From: Scyliorhinus canicula
Lineage: Eukaryota
Assembly: GCF_902713615.1 (NCBI RefSeq)
Contig: NC_052160.1
Location: 107,238,708 to 107,302,707, forward strand
Direction: 5' to 3'
Length of the DNA stretch: 64,000 nucleotides
The translations under genes were made by a program, and so were the position numbers. Below, piece after piece: positions 1 to 13,309 of this stretch; position 1 is the first letter of the stretch, and each line of letters opens with the position of its first letter. Under the pieces are notes generated by a model. The model searched no databases, was not told the DNA's origin, and saw nothing but the letters and a program-made list of their open reading frames with translations.

Positions 1-324
1 TTAGATTTCTAACTGATATGCGTAAAATTCAACAGAGAGATGAAAAAAATGACTTCGTCATTACAGAACAATCAGCCAGAGCAGAACCGCTCTCCTGGTA
101 CAGAATAATCCATGCAAGAAATCTTAAGAATTATCTTTGGAACGTAAAGAGAGCTTTCAAATTAAAGATTTGATGTGCTGTAAGATATGCGTGGGCACAC
201 AATGCTAAACATCTCATTTAGCTAACATTACAAAAGAGTTGGTACATTAATGAGAAATAAATTGCAGGGTTTTATTTTCTCATTTGAGCATTGATGCCCT
301 CCAGGAGCAAGTTATATTGATTAA

Positions 325-694
325 GGAGGTTAGGTTAAACTTACCCACCGAGCGGGAAACTGGCAGGGTCAGATTGGATGCACAATTTACACCCCTTCTG
401 AATGACACTTTCCACTGGAGATAATTTTACGATTTGTCAAAGGTGGGGGATAACAGATCGACCATTTGTCATACAGCCTACTCGATTTTCCTTTGTGAGT
501 GGAAAGTAAAATGTAGAAGGGTGTGTAATGGGAGGCTTATCCCAAAGTCATCCATTTTACATTGCTGTTAAAAGTTAAAACTGCTCCTTCATAAAATTCA
601 ATGGCAAGTAAAATTGAACAGAGTGTAAAAAAAAATAAACAATCAATCCAATTGCATTAGTTTCCAGGCTGGTAAGATAGATTCAAATTACCCC
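325..694. mobile_element. Old degenerate MITE-like element, possibly with a second MITE nested at about 418-587
   Basis: Loose inverted termini (ggttaggttaaacttaccc / ggtaagatagattcaaattacccc; ggagataattttac / gttaaaactgctcc); similar fragment near 36855-36940. Confidence 0.35.
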
Positions 695-1200
695 TGAATT
701 TCTGTTTACTTGCTCAGTTATAATACACTGTTCAAGGTGACCTGGAGAGTTTTAGCTTTGCAAACTGTGCAGAGTAATTCTAGTGTGACGTCAAATAAAC
801 CGCACCAAGACAAGTATCTTGGGACATTTTAGCACGTTAAAGTGACAATATAAATGTCAGTGGTTGTTGTCAGAATTTTGGCCAGCCGCTATGAGATACT
901 CTGAAGTTGTTTTGCCTTCACACCTGAAGTACAACTACAGTAAATCTGAAGTGACACTTAAAAGGATTTTTATACTGTCTAATAGATTGCTTCGCAGCTT
1001 TTAAAGCTTTAAAATAAAATGTGAGTTATTTGTTTGCGAAACCAACTGTTTTCTCATTAACTGGCACATCTTCTCACCTGGCATTTGTCTGACTGTTTTC
1101 CAGAGCTAACTAGAATAATGTAATCTCATTATCCAACGCATACATTAAGGTTCACCTTGTTTCTTCCCCCACCTATCACTGCACCACCTCCTAGTCCCTA

Positions 1201-1470
1201 AGGGTGGTGCAGTGATATTGTCACTGGGCTATTAATCCAGAGATCCAGGGTAATGCTCTAGGGTCCTTGGTTCAAATCCCACCACAGTAGATAGTGAAAT
1301 TTGAATTCAGTAACAACCTGGATGACTACGAAACCACTTACGATTGTTGTAAAAACCCATTTGGTTCACTAATGTCCTTTAATTTCCTTCTTTGTTGACA
1401 TGTGACTCCAGATCTACAGCTATGTCCTCGCAAGCCACTCAGTTGAAGGGCAATTAGGGATGGGCACATC
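1201..1470 (+). mobile_element. Shark tRNA-derived SINE with 3' tail shared with the LINE at 50160-52560
   Basis: B-box-like ggttcaaatccc; tail caattagggatgggca is the reverse complement of tgcccatccttaattg at about 50205-50220. Confidence 0.7.
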
Positions 1471-3936
1471 CAATGAATTGAGAAAAAGAAAGAGACCAGC
1501 TACTGGATTGTATCCCCTCGTCCCTACGAAGCAACCATACTGAAGCACTGATTAGGATAAGGAGCAATCTTACATTGAGTGACTTGTGATAGGGGAGTGA
1601 TGACCTTTCCTGGGGTATCTGTATTCCACCTCAAAAGTGACTCAATGTTTAGATCTGAATCTTTTTGCTGGTAAGTGTCCACTTCAAAATTTCAGCAGAC
1701 AGTTTTGAAATTAGGTTTACAGCAGATGGATGATAAAAAATACTCTGGTCAGTTTACAGGCCCATATAAATGACCTTCGAAATTAATTATCATTTTACAC
1801 CTGGAGAATCACCTGGAACTATATCCCGTCTAACTCTTGGGGCTTCTCCTAGATTTTCTGGAATGTTCAGTGCTGGAGAGCCTATTGCTAGAGGTGTGAG
1901 ACAGGGGGTTGTGTAAAAGTGTCAGTGCAGGGTTCAGATGAGCTATCCATCCTCCAATCACAGGATTGCCTGTTTAGTTCTGATGATATCTCAGTAACGA
2001 AAAATGGAAAGCAAGTCTTGACTTCTTCAATTCCAATTTTATTGTGTTCTACAATCACTTCTCATCCAATACCACAGTGCCACCTGCATTCTTTATATAT
2101 ATATAAATATGTGTGCATGTATGTGCAGTCTATCAAACATTCAGTGTGGTCTATTAAACAATTAAAGCTTCAGCTCCGAATATTAATTATTTGCTAACAT
2201 CACCCAACCCTTTACTTTTCTGTGACTTGAGTATGTTTTTTTTGCCACTTTGGACTTTGAGTTCACTTTTTTAATAAAATATCCAGAAGGATGGAAGGAG
2301 GAATGACAACAGCGCACAAAATTGCAGCGAACAGAAAGATATGCCCATGGCTCTCATGAACTATGCCTAATTATGGGTGGATGGACCCAGAAGGGGACCA
2401 GCAAAGAATGTATAACCTTCTTTCCTGCAGCTAATTACCTGTGCCAAATTTCACCGCTGGTTTATTCCATTAAGAATGGCCAATTGAATATTGGATGAGC
2501 ATTCGGTAAAGCTCAAAGAGAGCAAATTCTTCTCCTGAACCTGTGGAGCTGCACTTCACGTATCTGCTGCACATTTCTGCTGCTTCAACCAATTCATGAA
2601 CTATCTGTGAACTTGAAATGAATACATTCTATGCTTCTTCAGGTTGTGAGCTTGACCTGAAACTGACTGTAAGGCTTCACAAAAAAAAATGATTGTGACC
2701 CAGGGACAGTTTCCTATCACTGTACTGGAATTAATTAATACTTTTTATAAAGTGTTGTTATGATTAAGTTACTTTGCTGATGATGAGTAAGTGCTTTGTG
2801 ACTGGAGGCACCAGTTTTCATTAATCTGTGTAGGCCGTTCTACTGCTCTTCATGAACCAATGAATAAATGATTAGGGTTTAGAATTTCATCATTAGTATA
2901 TGTAATTTAATTATAGATGGAGGTTTATTCCACTCAGTTACACTGCAATATACCGGGATGTTGTTTCACTGGAAGCGGTCGTCAACTTGTATTTCAATCT
3001 GTGTAGGAAGCGCACATTGCATCAAAATTCAGAATAAATTCAGAATCCACCAATTATGATCTCTGTTCCAGGGCTAATATTGTATGCTGATTTTACATGA
3101 AAAATCGCCAACATAATAAATAAGCAAAGCGTGGAATTTGCTGATTCACAAAGAACTGTGTGAATTATATTCATAGCTTTTTGGCAAGGTCACCCTTTAT
3201 CGGTTATATCAGACTTTTTAAAATAATGGAACAAACTGTGCAAGATCCTTGGCTTTGACTTGGTCACCCTTCAGTCCAAGAGTGCTGCTTCTGTTGACCC
3301 ATCCATCTGTTTACAAGACCTTGTGTACTTTGCTCAGCTGCTAACCAAGCCACTTCTTCTTTATTTAATGATCGCCAGTTTCTTGCAAGTTTCTCTTTGC
3401 ATATTCTACGTGTTCTTCCTTCTATTAGTGTGTGCCGAGACCACGACTGTGGATGGCGAGGCCGGAGGTTCTGGGTTTCTGGTTGCTCCATCCATTGTCC
3501 GAGAGGAGCAGCACACCTAATGAAATTGCCAAATGTATCTTTTAATGTGATGCCACTTGCTGTTGGCCAGCAGCAGATGGGCGCCAGCCAGCACAACTGA
3601 AACCTACCATAACCGAAATGTGAAGCAAGCTCACTAAGTGCATCACCGCTGAATGATTATGCAAATGTTTTAAAGAGCCTGATCCTTTTTCCTGTCATTG
3701 TAACATCAGAACGTTAAATCCACCGTAGCTCTATTATAGATTCATGTAACTAATTTCCCCTCATCATCTTTTGTTACATTTCATTGCATTCTATTAGCGT
3801 TTCCTATCTTTCTGATAGATCAGTTTGTACAAAGGCTTAATCACACAAAGATTCTTGCTTCAATGCATTTGAGTTTGGAAAGTTTAAACCTTTTTAAAGG
3901 ATATACTTTAATCTGAAGGGAAGTGATGCTAACATC

Positions 3937-4282
3937 GGGGCCTCACGGTAGCATGGTGGTTAGCATCAATGCTTCACAGCTCCAGGGTCCCAGGTTCGAT
4001 TCCTGGCTGGGTCACTGTCTGTGTGGAGTCTGCACGTCCTCCCCGTGTGTGCGTGGGTTTCCTCCGGGTGCTCCGGTTTCCTCCCACAGTCCAAAGATGT
4101 GCGGGTTAGGTGGATTGGCCATGCTAAATTGCCCGTAGTGTAAGGTTAATGGGGGGTTTGTTGGGTTACGGGTATACGGGTTACGTGAGTTTAAGTAGGG
4201 TGATCATGGCTCGGCACAACATCGAGGGCCGAAGGGCCTGTTCTGCGCTGTACTGTTCTATGTTCTATGTTCTATGTTCTAT
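3937..4282 (+). mobile_element. HE1/V-SINE with CR1-type (TTCTATG)n tail
   Basis: tRNA head (A/B boxes), V-domain gtgggtttcctccgggtgctccggtttcctcccac, terminal TTCTATG repeats. Confidence 0.92.
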
Positions 4283-5749
4283 CGCTTCTGAATGACTTAA
4301 ATTTGTCATTCTCAAGTATAGGCAGACTGAGATAACTGGGTTTGTCTAGTACTTCACAAACCAATTTAAAAGCTGTTCTGCATTAAAATCTTTACGTTCT
4401 AGAGATTCCGAAATGAGCCGTTTTGTAAGCACTGACTTCTACCGCGATATGATTTCACAGGCATGAACTATGCTCTGGGTCTTCATTCGGTTGGCCATTC
4501 TTCATGCCACACAATATTGCCCTGCTATATCTACCATCTAAATCCAGCCCTCGCCTGGCCTCACTCAATGACCACCTACAAGCATTTTCCAGCAAACCAC
4601 ACTACTCTAAGCTGGTGGTTCTGAGGAGAACTGTCATGCCACTAACCAAATTGTACTGCCAACATTCCCACCCTTGAAAATAACAACAAAGTTTCCACAG
4701 ATGGAAGATTAAACCATTCCTGGTGTATTTGCCCGACTTTATGCAGATTGCTGTACCTACAGACTGTTGGTTATTTAATTAAACTGCAATTACTTTCCAA
4801 GTTTAGCTTATATTTGGTTGTATCTTTATCCAATTCTATATTTATAGGGGATTTTTCTATGATTAGAAATTATTGATCTTTCCTGAAGTACATATTAAAC
4901 ATCAACCTGTTTGCACAGCCTGCGACTTTAATGAAACCACTCTAGTAATGTTAACTTATGCATATGTATACATGCAAATATAAAGACCCTATTATAAAGA
5001 GGAATAAAACTATTTCAAGATACATGATTCATTAAAAGGAAGGTGCTTAATTTCCTGAAACAAAATTAAATAGCATGAGTATAAAGGTGGAATCTGTCCA
5101 TTAAATTGGGTACAGGTGAATTTAAGTACATTACCACTAATTGGATAGTGATATTGCTGTCAATAAAAATTCTTAATTAGGATTTTTTGCTCTTGTCAGA
5201 ACTTGTTAGCTGTTAAATCTTGGAGCTATATCACCAAAACATCAAAGCACAACCTGTTTATCTCCTTGCCCATCACATAGAGGCTAATCAGAAGTCTTCT
5301 CACAAAATTTTCTTAATGCCTGTTCCATTGTCAGCTACAGATGCAAATGAAAGAATTTATGCAGAAGCGGGATGCTGAAGCAAAACAAAAGCTTGTGCAT
5401 TGCTGCAATGCAGAAACATATGGAAAGAATCAAGAAACTATATTAATTCCCATTAGTCAGAATGGGTCTGTTTAAATGATTAGTAACATGTCCCATTCAA
5501 TTTGATGCTGCAGAGTGATGCTTTTTATGACTTGCCCACAGTCAAGCACTTTGTCCCCAATTTCAACGACAGAATGTTTATATGGGGCATGCTGGTCAGA
5601 AAGATCAAATTAGCAAGCGTTTCACTTTGTATTGTTTACATTAGTGGCAGATTTCAAAAAAGGTTTCCCTAATTGGATGCACATTGCAGCAAACCGAGTG
5701 TGGTTGGATGGCGACAGACCACTTGAAATCTCAATTTCTCCTAGTTTAA

Positions 5750-6650
5750 AAATAAAACTTAGGCTAAAAGATCTATAACTGGGTTTAAGATGAGGTTGAA
5801 TGAAAAAAATAAAGCACCACAGTGGTGTGCATTTCTCATTCACACCATAATCATTATAATGACATTGTGGCACCTATTCATTATTGCTGAATGTGCTTGG
5901 CACACACAGTACCAAAAAACATTTGCGATCTCATCATGTGTACCCTTGTACACTGTCCATGCATCATATACTGTAGGGAAGAGAATATGCCTTATTTTGG
6001 TTGAAGGCTAAGACGTAGCAAGTAACGCATCTAAGCGCTTACAAAAACCATTTACATGTCACAGAATCGTTGAAGAATGTTTATGTCTTGGAAGAAGGCC
6101 TTCTCCAAGACCAACCCCTCTGGTCCTACTCCTTTTCATTGTAGCTCTGCAGTTTTATTTCCCTTCAGATCATGATCCAATTCCCTTTTAAAAGCCATGG
6201 TTGAATCTGTCTCTTATCACACCTGAAAGCAAATGCATTCCAGATCCTACCATGCACCGTGTGAAAAAAAAAAATCAACTTTCAAATTAGTGTCCCCTGG
6301 TTCTTGACTCTTCTGATAATGCTTGTTTTTGAGTAACTTCTGCAAATTCAGGCCAACCTGAAGCATTAGCTTTGCTGAGTGTTACAAGGAGAAGTGGGGA
6401 GGAACAAATTACCCACCTCCTCACCTCCCCACCTCTCTTGAAGCCATAGAAAAAGCCAGATATGGAATCAAAGGCCAAATCTCCACCTTGACCATGAGAA
6501 AGCAGCTCAAAAAAACATTTTGATGGCCCCATCGAATAATCTGACACAAAATGGAGGCCATTCAGTCCATAATTGGGTGTAAATTGAATTTGAATGAAAA
6601 CAGTGAAGTGCCACAATGGTGTACATTTCTGGTTAACACCATAATATGCA
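5750..6650 (+). repeat. Two degenerate direct copies (about 5770-5850 and 6565-6645) of an old repeat, with CR1 3' fragments between and after
   Basis: Shared motif tgaatgaaaa..ccacartggtgtrcatttct..cacaccataat; explains the near-identical spurious ORF peptides YGVNEKCTPLW / YGVNQKCTPLW. Confidence 0.5.
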
Positions 6651-7399
6651 CAAGCACTTTCAGAGAGCAATCCAGTTAGTCTCACTCCCCTGTTCTTACC
6701 ATATATTCATGCAATTCTTTTTCCTTGAATTATTTATCCAATTCCCTTTTGAAGGCACCACCCTATCAGGCAAAGCATTTCAAATCCTAACCATCCGTCG
6801 TCTAAAAGTATTTTCCTCAGTGTAGTCTGATTAGTGATCTTTCAATTATTAGAAACATTTTCTCTTTAATTACTCTAACTAAAACCTTCATAATTTTCCA
6901 ATCCATTGATCAAATGTGCTCTTAACCTTCTCTGTTCCAACATAGCTGTAATCCCTCATTTCTGAAACCAAGCTCACAATTCTTGATGTATGTAAAATAT
7001 GCAAATGTCTTTTAGAGTTCTACAATTTTTATTGTGTTAACATTGCAAGCGGATATTATAATGCTAATTAATTCATATATTTCAACCTCATTCGTAACCC
7101 ATTTAAAATTCTGATGGCAAAATGCAATGCGGTCAACTCTTCTGAAGGTTCAGGAAGCTTATCCAGTGAATAGCTGAGGTATACAGGTCAGGAAGGTCCC
7201 ATATTCAATCCTAAATTGCTTCTTAACTGGGGTGATGATCCAACTGGCCTTTGGGCTCCTGGGTTAAGGAAAAGAAAATCAGTGAAGGGGTTGACTTTTG
7301 ATCAAAATATTGTTGGAAATGATCACTCATGGAGGTCAATTGGATGTGATACTGGAGGGCATGCAACCATGTAGCAGGAAGAACTGGACTCCTTCAGAA

Positions 7400-7600
7400 A
7401 ATATTTAATTAGCACCTTTTATGACCTCTGGTGGTGCAAAAGCTCTTTGCAACCAACAAAGTCCTTCTGAAATGTAGCCACTGATGAACTGCAGAGAACA
7501 CAGCAGCCGGTCTGTCCACAAACAGCATTGCAATGGTGACCAAATAATTTGTTCAACTAATGTTTCTTGAGAAATAATCCCAGGGAAACATCAGGAGGGA
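7400..7600 (-). mobile_element. DeuSINE (SacSINE1-like) 3' fragment, highly diverged
   Basis: Reverse complement resembles the 3' half of the DeuSINE at 19952-20165. Confidence 0.55.
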
Positions 7601-8233
7601 AAAGGAGAAACAAATGATTTTGGTATGACCTTGCTAGTCGATGCAACCTTCACAATGCTCTCCCTCCACAGTCCAACAGCTTCTAAAAAGACCCTGGAGA
7701 AAAATGATTGATTTACAGATCATAGAATACGAAATTTCAACTTCCGTTCCTGCAAGTATAGCATTGACCAGAAGTACTAGTGGAAGGATCGTTGGCATCA
7801 AAGGAAATGGTGGCAATAATGCTTTAAAATACTTTTGAACACACAAATGCGTAGACAGTGTCAATAAACTATCGATAACATAAAATGGATACACATAGAA
7901 CTTTTTACTGAAAACACAGACATATAAATTTTTTAACAAAAACACCTGGCACATCTGAGACCTGCTAAGGTACGTTAAACTATTAATGACCTGTTAAACA
8001 CACACCTGGTAATTGTTAAAAGACTAATCATGCATTAAAAGTCTATGAAAGAAAATAATTATTTTGAACAGTTTATTGCCACTTATAAAAGCTTATTTAA
8101 ACCATACTGAATCTTTATTAGAGATTTTTCTAAATTAAAGTTTCTTTTACTCTTTCTATTTTTTCCCTCTTTTTCTCACTCTCCCTTTCTCTTTAAAGTA
8201 TTTCCACTGTTTAACTGTTCCATGAGCAATATA

Positions 8234-8310
8234 CAGTAAAGTTTTTGTTATCCGGCATGCTCCGAGTGTGAGTTGTTGCAGTTAATCAAAAATGCTGGAT
8301 AATGAGGAAT
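8234..8310 (+). mobile_element. Tc1/mariner (Tigger-like) left terminus fragment
   Basis: TA followed by cagtaaagtttttgttatccggca; no matching right end found. Confidence 0.35.
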
Positions 8311-8512
8311 TACATTGCTCCAGGTACAAGCCAGGATGCTATTCTGTCTCTGAGGGAGAGGGGCTAGGTGCTGGGCTGTTAAGGGTCCAAGAACAGCAGG
8401 GCATTACAATAAAACCAGAACCAAGCAGATCATCACCATGACTGAAGATCAAGCTGATTAGAAACTCTCACTGGTTTACAGCTCTGAGCGGAATACCCAC
8501 ATGCTCACTCTA

Positions 8513-8746
8513 CAGGGTTGCCAACTGTGATTGGATATATTCCTGGAAATTTCATCTCATGACTTGCCCCTCACTTCAGCCATTCGTCAGAGAACACATC
8601 CATCTGTGTGATGTACTGCCTTCTTCCGCCAATTGGAAAGCAAAACATCCCTCAGACTTTCCTCGAGCATTGCACGCAGCAGTGTTCTGGAGATTGATCT
8701 TCAATCCCGGAGATCCCAGGCCAACTCTGGAAAATTGGCAACCCTA
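8513..8746. mobile_element. hAT (Blackjack-like) MITE
   Basis: TIR cagggttgccaa / ttggcaacccta; degenerate 8-bp TSD tcactcta / tcattctg (6 of 8 match). Confidence 0.75.
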
Positions 8747-9487
8747 TCATTCTGAATGGATCTGACAGTTCTATGCAATGTGAACAAATGCACTCTCATT
8801 TATAAATTACAAAAGTTATGTTTTATTATTGTGCCCAATGTGTCCAGGGTTGGAGAATTTCCGTCCAATAATGGATTTCCGACATGAGGGCTAAGGAAAC
8901 CCACCATTTGGCTCTTCCATTCCGAAGTCAAAGTCCAACGGCTGGCAGGAAAGTCGTCATGATTTCTGCTGGGCAGAGGGATGGCTGAACATGCACAATT
9001 TTCTGCTAATCAGCTCATTAATTATACATCTGCAAGGAGCTTAGTGAATCTCGTGGTGAGGCAGGCTGGACGTTGCCAGCCCCACCATTACCCCTGGGGG
9101 TCGAAGGTTCCGGATAAAGAAGATGGACCTCCTGAAAATGAAGAGAGATCTCCGGGAGCTCTCTAAGGCGGGAAGCTGGACCTCCTGAGAAAGAGAATGG
9201 ATCACCAGGAAAAACCTGAGGCTGGAAGATAGATCTCCTCCATGGCACTGAATCTGGAAGATCCACCTGCTCCCTCCACCCACTGCTGTGGTGTTCCGGA
9301 GCCTGGGTTGCTGGCAGGTTCTACTCCCAACTTCTCCGCTTGCCAGCCAATTGCAGCAGCTTCTGCTACTGGCTCTCTAAGTGAAGTTTGACACAGTACG
9401 AAGAAGGTGAAAATAGCGTCTACTGACGTCAAAAGTTGTGCAAGTGGTGCATGCCACTTACACACAGTCATACAATTGAACGTTCTT

Positions 9488-9703
9488 GGGCAGCACGGCG
9501 GCCTAATGGTGAGCACTGGTGGCGCTGAGGACTTGGGTTCAATCCCGGCCCCAGGTAACAGTCTATGTGGAGTTTGCACATTCTTCCCGTGTCTGCGTAG
9601 GTTTCACCCCCGCAACCTAAAGATGTGCAGGTTAGGTGGATTGGCCACACAAAATTGTCCCTTAATGGAACAAAAATAATTGGGTACTATAATTGTTTTT
9701 TAA
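9488..9703 (+). mobile_element. V-SINE, short A/T-rich-tailed subfamily
   Basis: V-SINE head; perfect 13-bp TSD aattgaacgttct at 9474-9486 and 9704-9716. Confidence 0.9.
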
Positions 9704-9969
9704 AATTGAACGTTCTAAAGTCTTGCTTGCAGGGAACTTAATTTGGAAGGTGAAGGTAATTCTGGTGAGGTAGCCTATTAATGAGCATGCAGGAGATGCT
9801 AATAAACCCAAATAGGGTTCCCATCATTGTCCACCGTGAAGCCCGACCCATCTTTAATTTCCTTCAAAGCCGGCAGAACAAATTTAACACAGCTCATCAC
9901 GAGACTGGGAAACAGGTTATTTGCCTTCTCACAAATGAGGTGCCACCCGTCTGCCACGATACCAGCTGC

Positions 9970-10776
9970 TGGCTGGACCGGAAGATTTACCAACCACCCC
10001 GCCTCGTGTTTTTCAGCTGCTTAGGTGGCCCACCAGCCGGATTTATTGGTCCCGCCATTGTTAACGGGATTTCCCGTTGACTGCATCCCTCATCGCCGGG
10101 AAACCCATGCACAGTCGTGGGACCAGAATATCCCACCGACATGAACAGTTGGTAAATCCCGCACTGTCACTTTTTTGGGCCTTGGGGAATTTCTCCCCTG
10201 TCAAGCCCACACTTTCATTACTGTGGAGCTGAACGTGCTTGCCAGACCGGCTCCTCAGAAATCGGGCCACCATTTTGAAACGGTCCCCCACACCCTCATC
10301 TATGGGCAATGTCATCCCAACACACTTGGGCATTTCCCCACACCCCCCACTAGGTGGGTCTGCTGAGGGCCCCCCTTTCAGGCCTTCCCAAGCCCACTTT
10401 CAGGCACCCACCCTTCACCCCCCCCAACCCTCCAGCGGTCCCTTCATATCCGCCTTGCATCCCCCCCACCCTTCATACACCCCCCCCCCCCCCCCGCCAT
10501 CCTCCTTTCATGGGCATGGCCCCCCACAGGCCTTGTTCCTTGTCAGTGCTGCCCTTGGCACTGCTACCCTGGCAGTGCTCCTGCCAGCTTGGTAGTGCCA
10601 GCTGGGCAGCATGGCAGTGGTGTCCCTGATCACCCAGGGGCCTGCAATGGTCTGGGAGACCCCCGGATACCGTTCCGCCTTGTCCACATTTATGTGGGCC
10701 AGTAATGAAAGGCGCCTGGTTGGAGAATCCCTTTCATGCTCCCGTTCTGGCGCAATGCGACCGATAGATCACACCA
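9970..10776. mobile_element. Short GC-rich MITE (about 9970-10164) followed by a truncated family-C Harbinger-like MITE (about 10175-10776)
   Basis: First part resembles 37556-37731; second resembles the interior of 27941-28840 and ends in gatagatcacacc. Confidence 0.6.
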
Positions 10777-11449
10777 AAATATTTGGCTTGATTATACTTC
10801 CTGTTGTGTATTATAGGACAGACATTCATCAATGATGGCAAGGTTGCTTTGTACAAAATACCTGGTCAAATGAGGCACGCATTTAATAGGTCTTCATTTG
10901 AAAAGAATTGGGCTATATAAATTGGGACTCACCAAACTAGATTAATCTTTTGTCAGATGAGATGACAAAAGCTTTCTGACAATAATACTTATTCTCAAGT
11001 TGTCTGGATTGGCAAATAACAGGTTGCAGATAATTGTGACCAAACACAGTAGAAGTTAAACAAAATAAAACAATTATTAATAAAAGCTTGAAAGAGTTTT
11101 TTTTTCTCGTGTTTTCAAAATACGTTTGATTCAATATGACAAGGGAGAGATTACCTGCAGAGGCCCATCCCCTCTAGAAATGAAAAGCCTTTTGGGTGTG
11201 GCATTGATTCATTGCCAAGCAGCAAGATGATACTCCACACTGAGACAGACACTGCTCAGCCCCTGGAGTCTCCATATTATTTCTACATTCTACAAAGTAG
11301 TACTCACTTCATCCTCCTTAGAAAGTCAGTGATAACCCTACTGAGATTTTTTTCTGGCTTTAAATATAGTACTCAAGCAACGATGCTACACATCCTGAAG
11401 AAAACAAGTCCAAATTTATATAATTTAACTGGATAACTTGACTGTGAAT

Positions 11450-11672
11450 AATAAAAAAAAATTTTTTTTTTTTTAAAAGTACCCAATTAAGGGGCAATTT
11501 AGCATGGCCAATCCACCACACCTGCACATCTTTGGGTTGTGGGGGTGAAACCCACACAGACATGAGGAGAAGGTGCAAACTCCACACGGACAGTGACCCA
11601 AGGCCGGGATTCGAACCTGGGTCCTCAGCGCCGTAGGCAACAGTGTTAACCACTGTGCCACGTACCACCCCT
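11450..11672 (-). mobile_element. V-SINE, A/T-rich-tailed subfamily
   Basis: V-domain on the minus strand; flanking direct repeat tggataactt (11430-11439, 11678-11687). Confidence 0.88.
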
Positions 11673-12809
11673 TTGGGTGGATAACTTATGCTCACACAAT
11701 GAAGTGGAATATTTAGCAAGGTAGAGTGTCAATGATTGTAATGCCGAATGGGATTCAAAACGAGCATTTTAAACCATCTCATAGTTTGACACATCTCAAA
11801 TTTTATGATGATGGGACTGGCGGGGGGATGTTGTTGGTGAAGGGGCAGGGCTTTACAATCTAGAAAGCTTAATCTGAAAGTTTAGGCAGAAAATGATGTG
11901 TCAGCCTGTTTCAGCAATCAATGAACACTTATCACATCCATTGTGCGAGGAATTCCCTTGTCCTGGTGCCCACCGGGGGGTTCTTTGGCACAGGCCAGAG
12001 AATACAGGGATTTTTTTTTTAATTGGACAGAAGGACACTGAACATTTTATTTGACAGAAAACACTTTCAGACCAGACGTTAAACTATCAAAAGTATGTAA
12101 TTGCCAGTAAAGCATTCTGGGGTGGCTTGAGGTCATGAAAAGTGTTATATTAATGCAAACCATTTTCCCCCCCTTTCAGAGCAGGTTTTCACCAGACACA
12201 GGATGCTAAAATTAAGGATAGCATTTATTTTGCTTCAGTCCATCAAGGCATGTCACTGATCTAGGAAAGTGTAACTTATTCATTATTTTTGATTATTTCG
12301 AAAAGGCAAATTGTGTAAATTATGTTGACCGAGTCAGATCGTACAGGTAGCTTTTCAAGATCTCTTGTTCTGTACGAAATAAATTGCTTGTTCATTTGCC
12401 AGATAAGAAATAACCAGTGTAATGGTTTATCTTGGTCTCCTTTTGAAGTGGTTTCTTGATTCTTCAGAATGATTGGAGAAGCATATGTGAGCGCATGCGT
12501 GGAAAATAGATCATTCATGAGGGCTATCATATATGTAGATACTGGTGTTTTGTTTGATTTTCTTTTCATGGGATGTGAGCATCACTGGTATTGTAACATG
12601 CCTTTAAGGGAGAGCAGTGAGCCATCACTAGAAGGGAAGTTTTCATATCATCCAGCCTCCGTTTCACTTTGACTGTGAACAGAACACAGCACAAGGTCGG
12701 CTGATGATATTGTCACACTTTCCACATGTGCCTTGTCCAAATAAATGAATCTGCAGCACCTTTAGGCAATCCTTTATGAGCCATTGTTGCCTCTATTTTA
12801 AATACACAC

Positions 12810-13140
12810 CAGCTGGTAAGGCCAGCATTTGTAGCTCATCCTCATTTGCTCTCGAACTAAGTGGCTTGCTCTGACTTTTCAGAGGGAAGTTAAGAGGAAA
12901 CCATACTGTGGATCTGGAGTCACATATAGGTTAGGCCAGGTAAGGACGACAGGTTTCTTTCTCTAAGGCACATTAGTGAACCACATGGATTGTTTACAAC
13001 AGTCAGTGTTAGTTTATATGGTCACCAGCTTTCAATTGCAGATTTATTGATTGAATTCTAATTCCACCAGTTGCTCTTTGAACTAATGTCCCCACGCCAT
13101 TGTGCCTCTGGTTTAGTGACATTACCAGCACGCCACCAGA
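12810..13140 (-). mobile_element. tRNA-SINE of the same family as 1201-1470
   Basis: gagtcacat..ggacgacaggtttc..cattagtgaacca..agtgacattacca is the reverse complement of the 1201 copy. Confidence 0.7.
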
Positions 13141-13309
13141 CCCTCATTGCTGTTAGGGGAGCACTACCAAGGGGATCACTATCATAGCTATTAGATATTG
13201 GGCAGTGTAAAGCTGAGGAGTGTGGAAGCTGCTCATGGGACTGACTGATGCCAGTGAACCCGAGAAGGCATCTATGACAAGCCATTAAAAATTGTTGAAT
13301 TATGTTCAT

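Noticed and set aside
3565-3590. CTCF-like ccagcagcagatgggcgcc and nearby overlapping short ORFs
   Set aside because: Core positions mismatch the CTCF consensus; the ORFs have no recognisable product.
3937-4015. tRNA-like sequences with A/B boxes (many copies)
   Set aside because: SINE heads followed by V-domain and tails, not tRNA genes.
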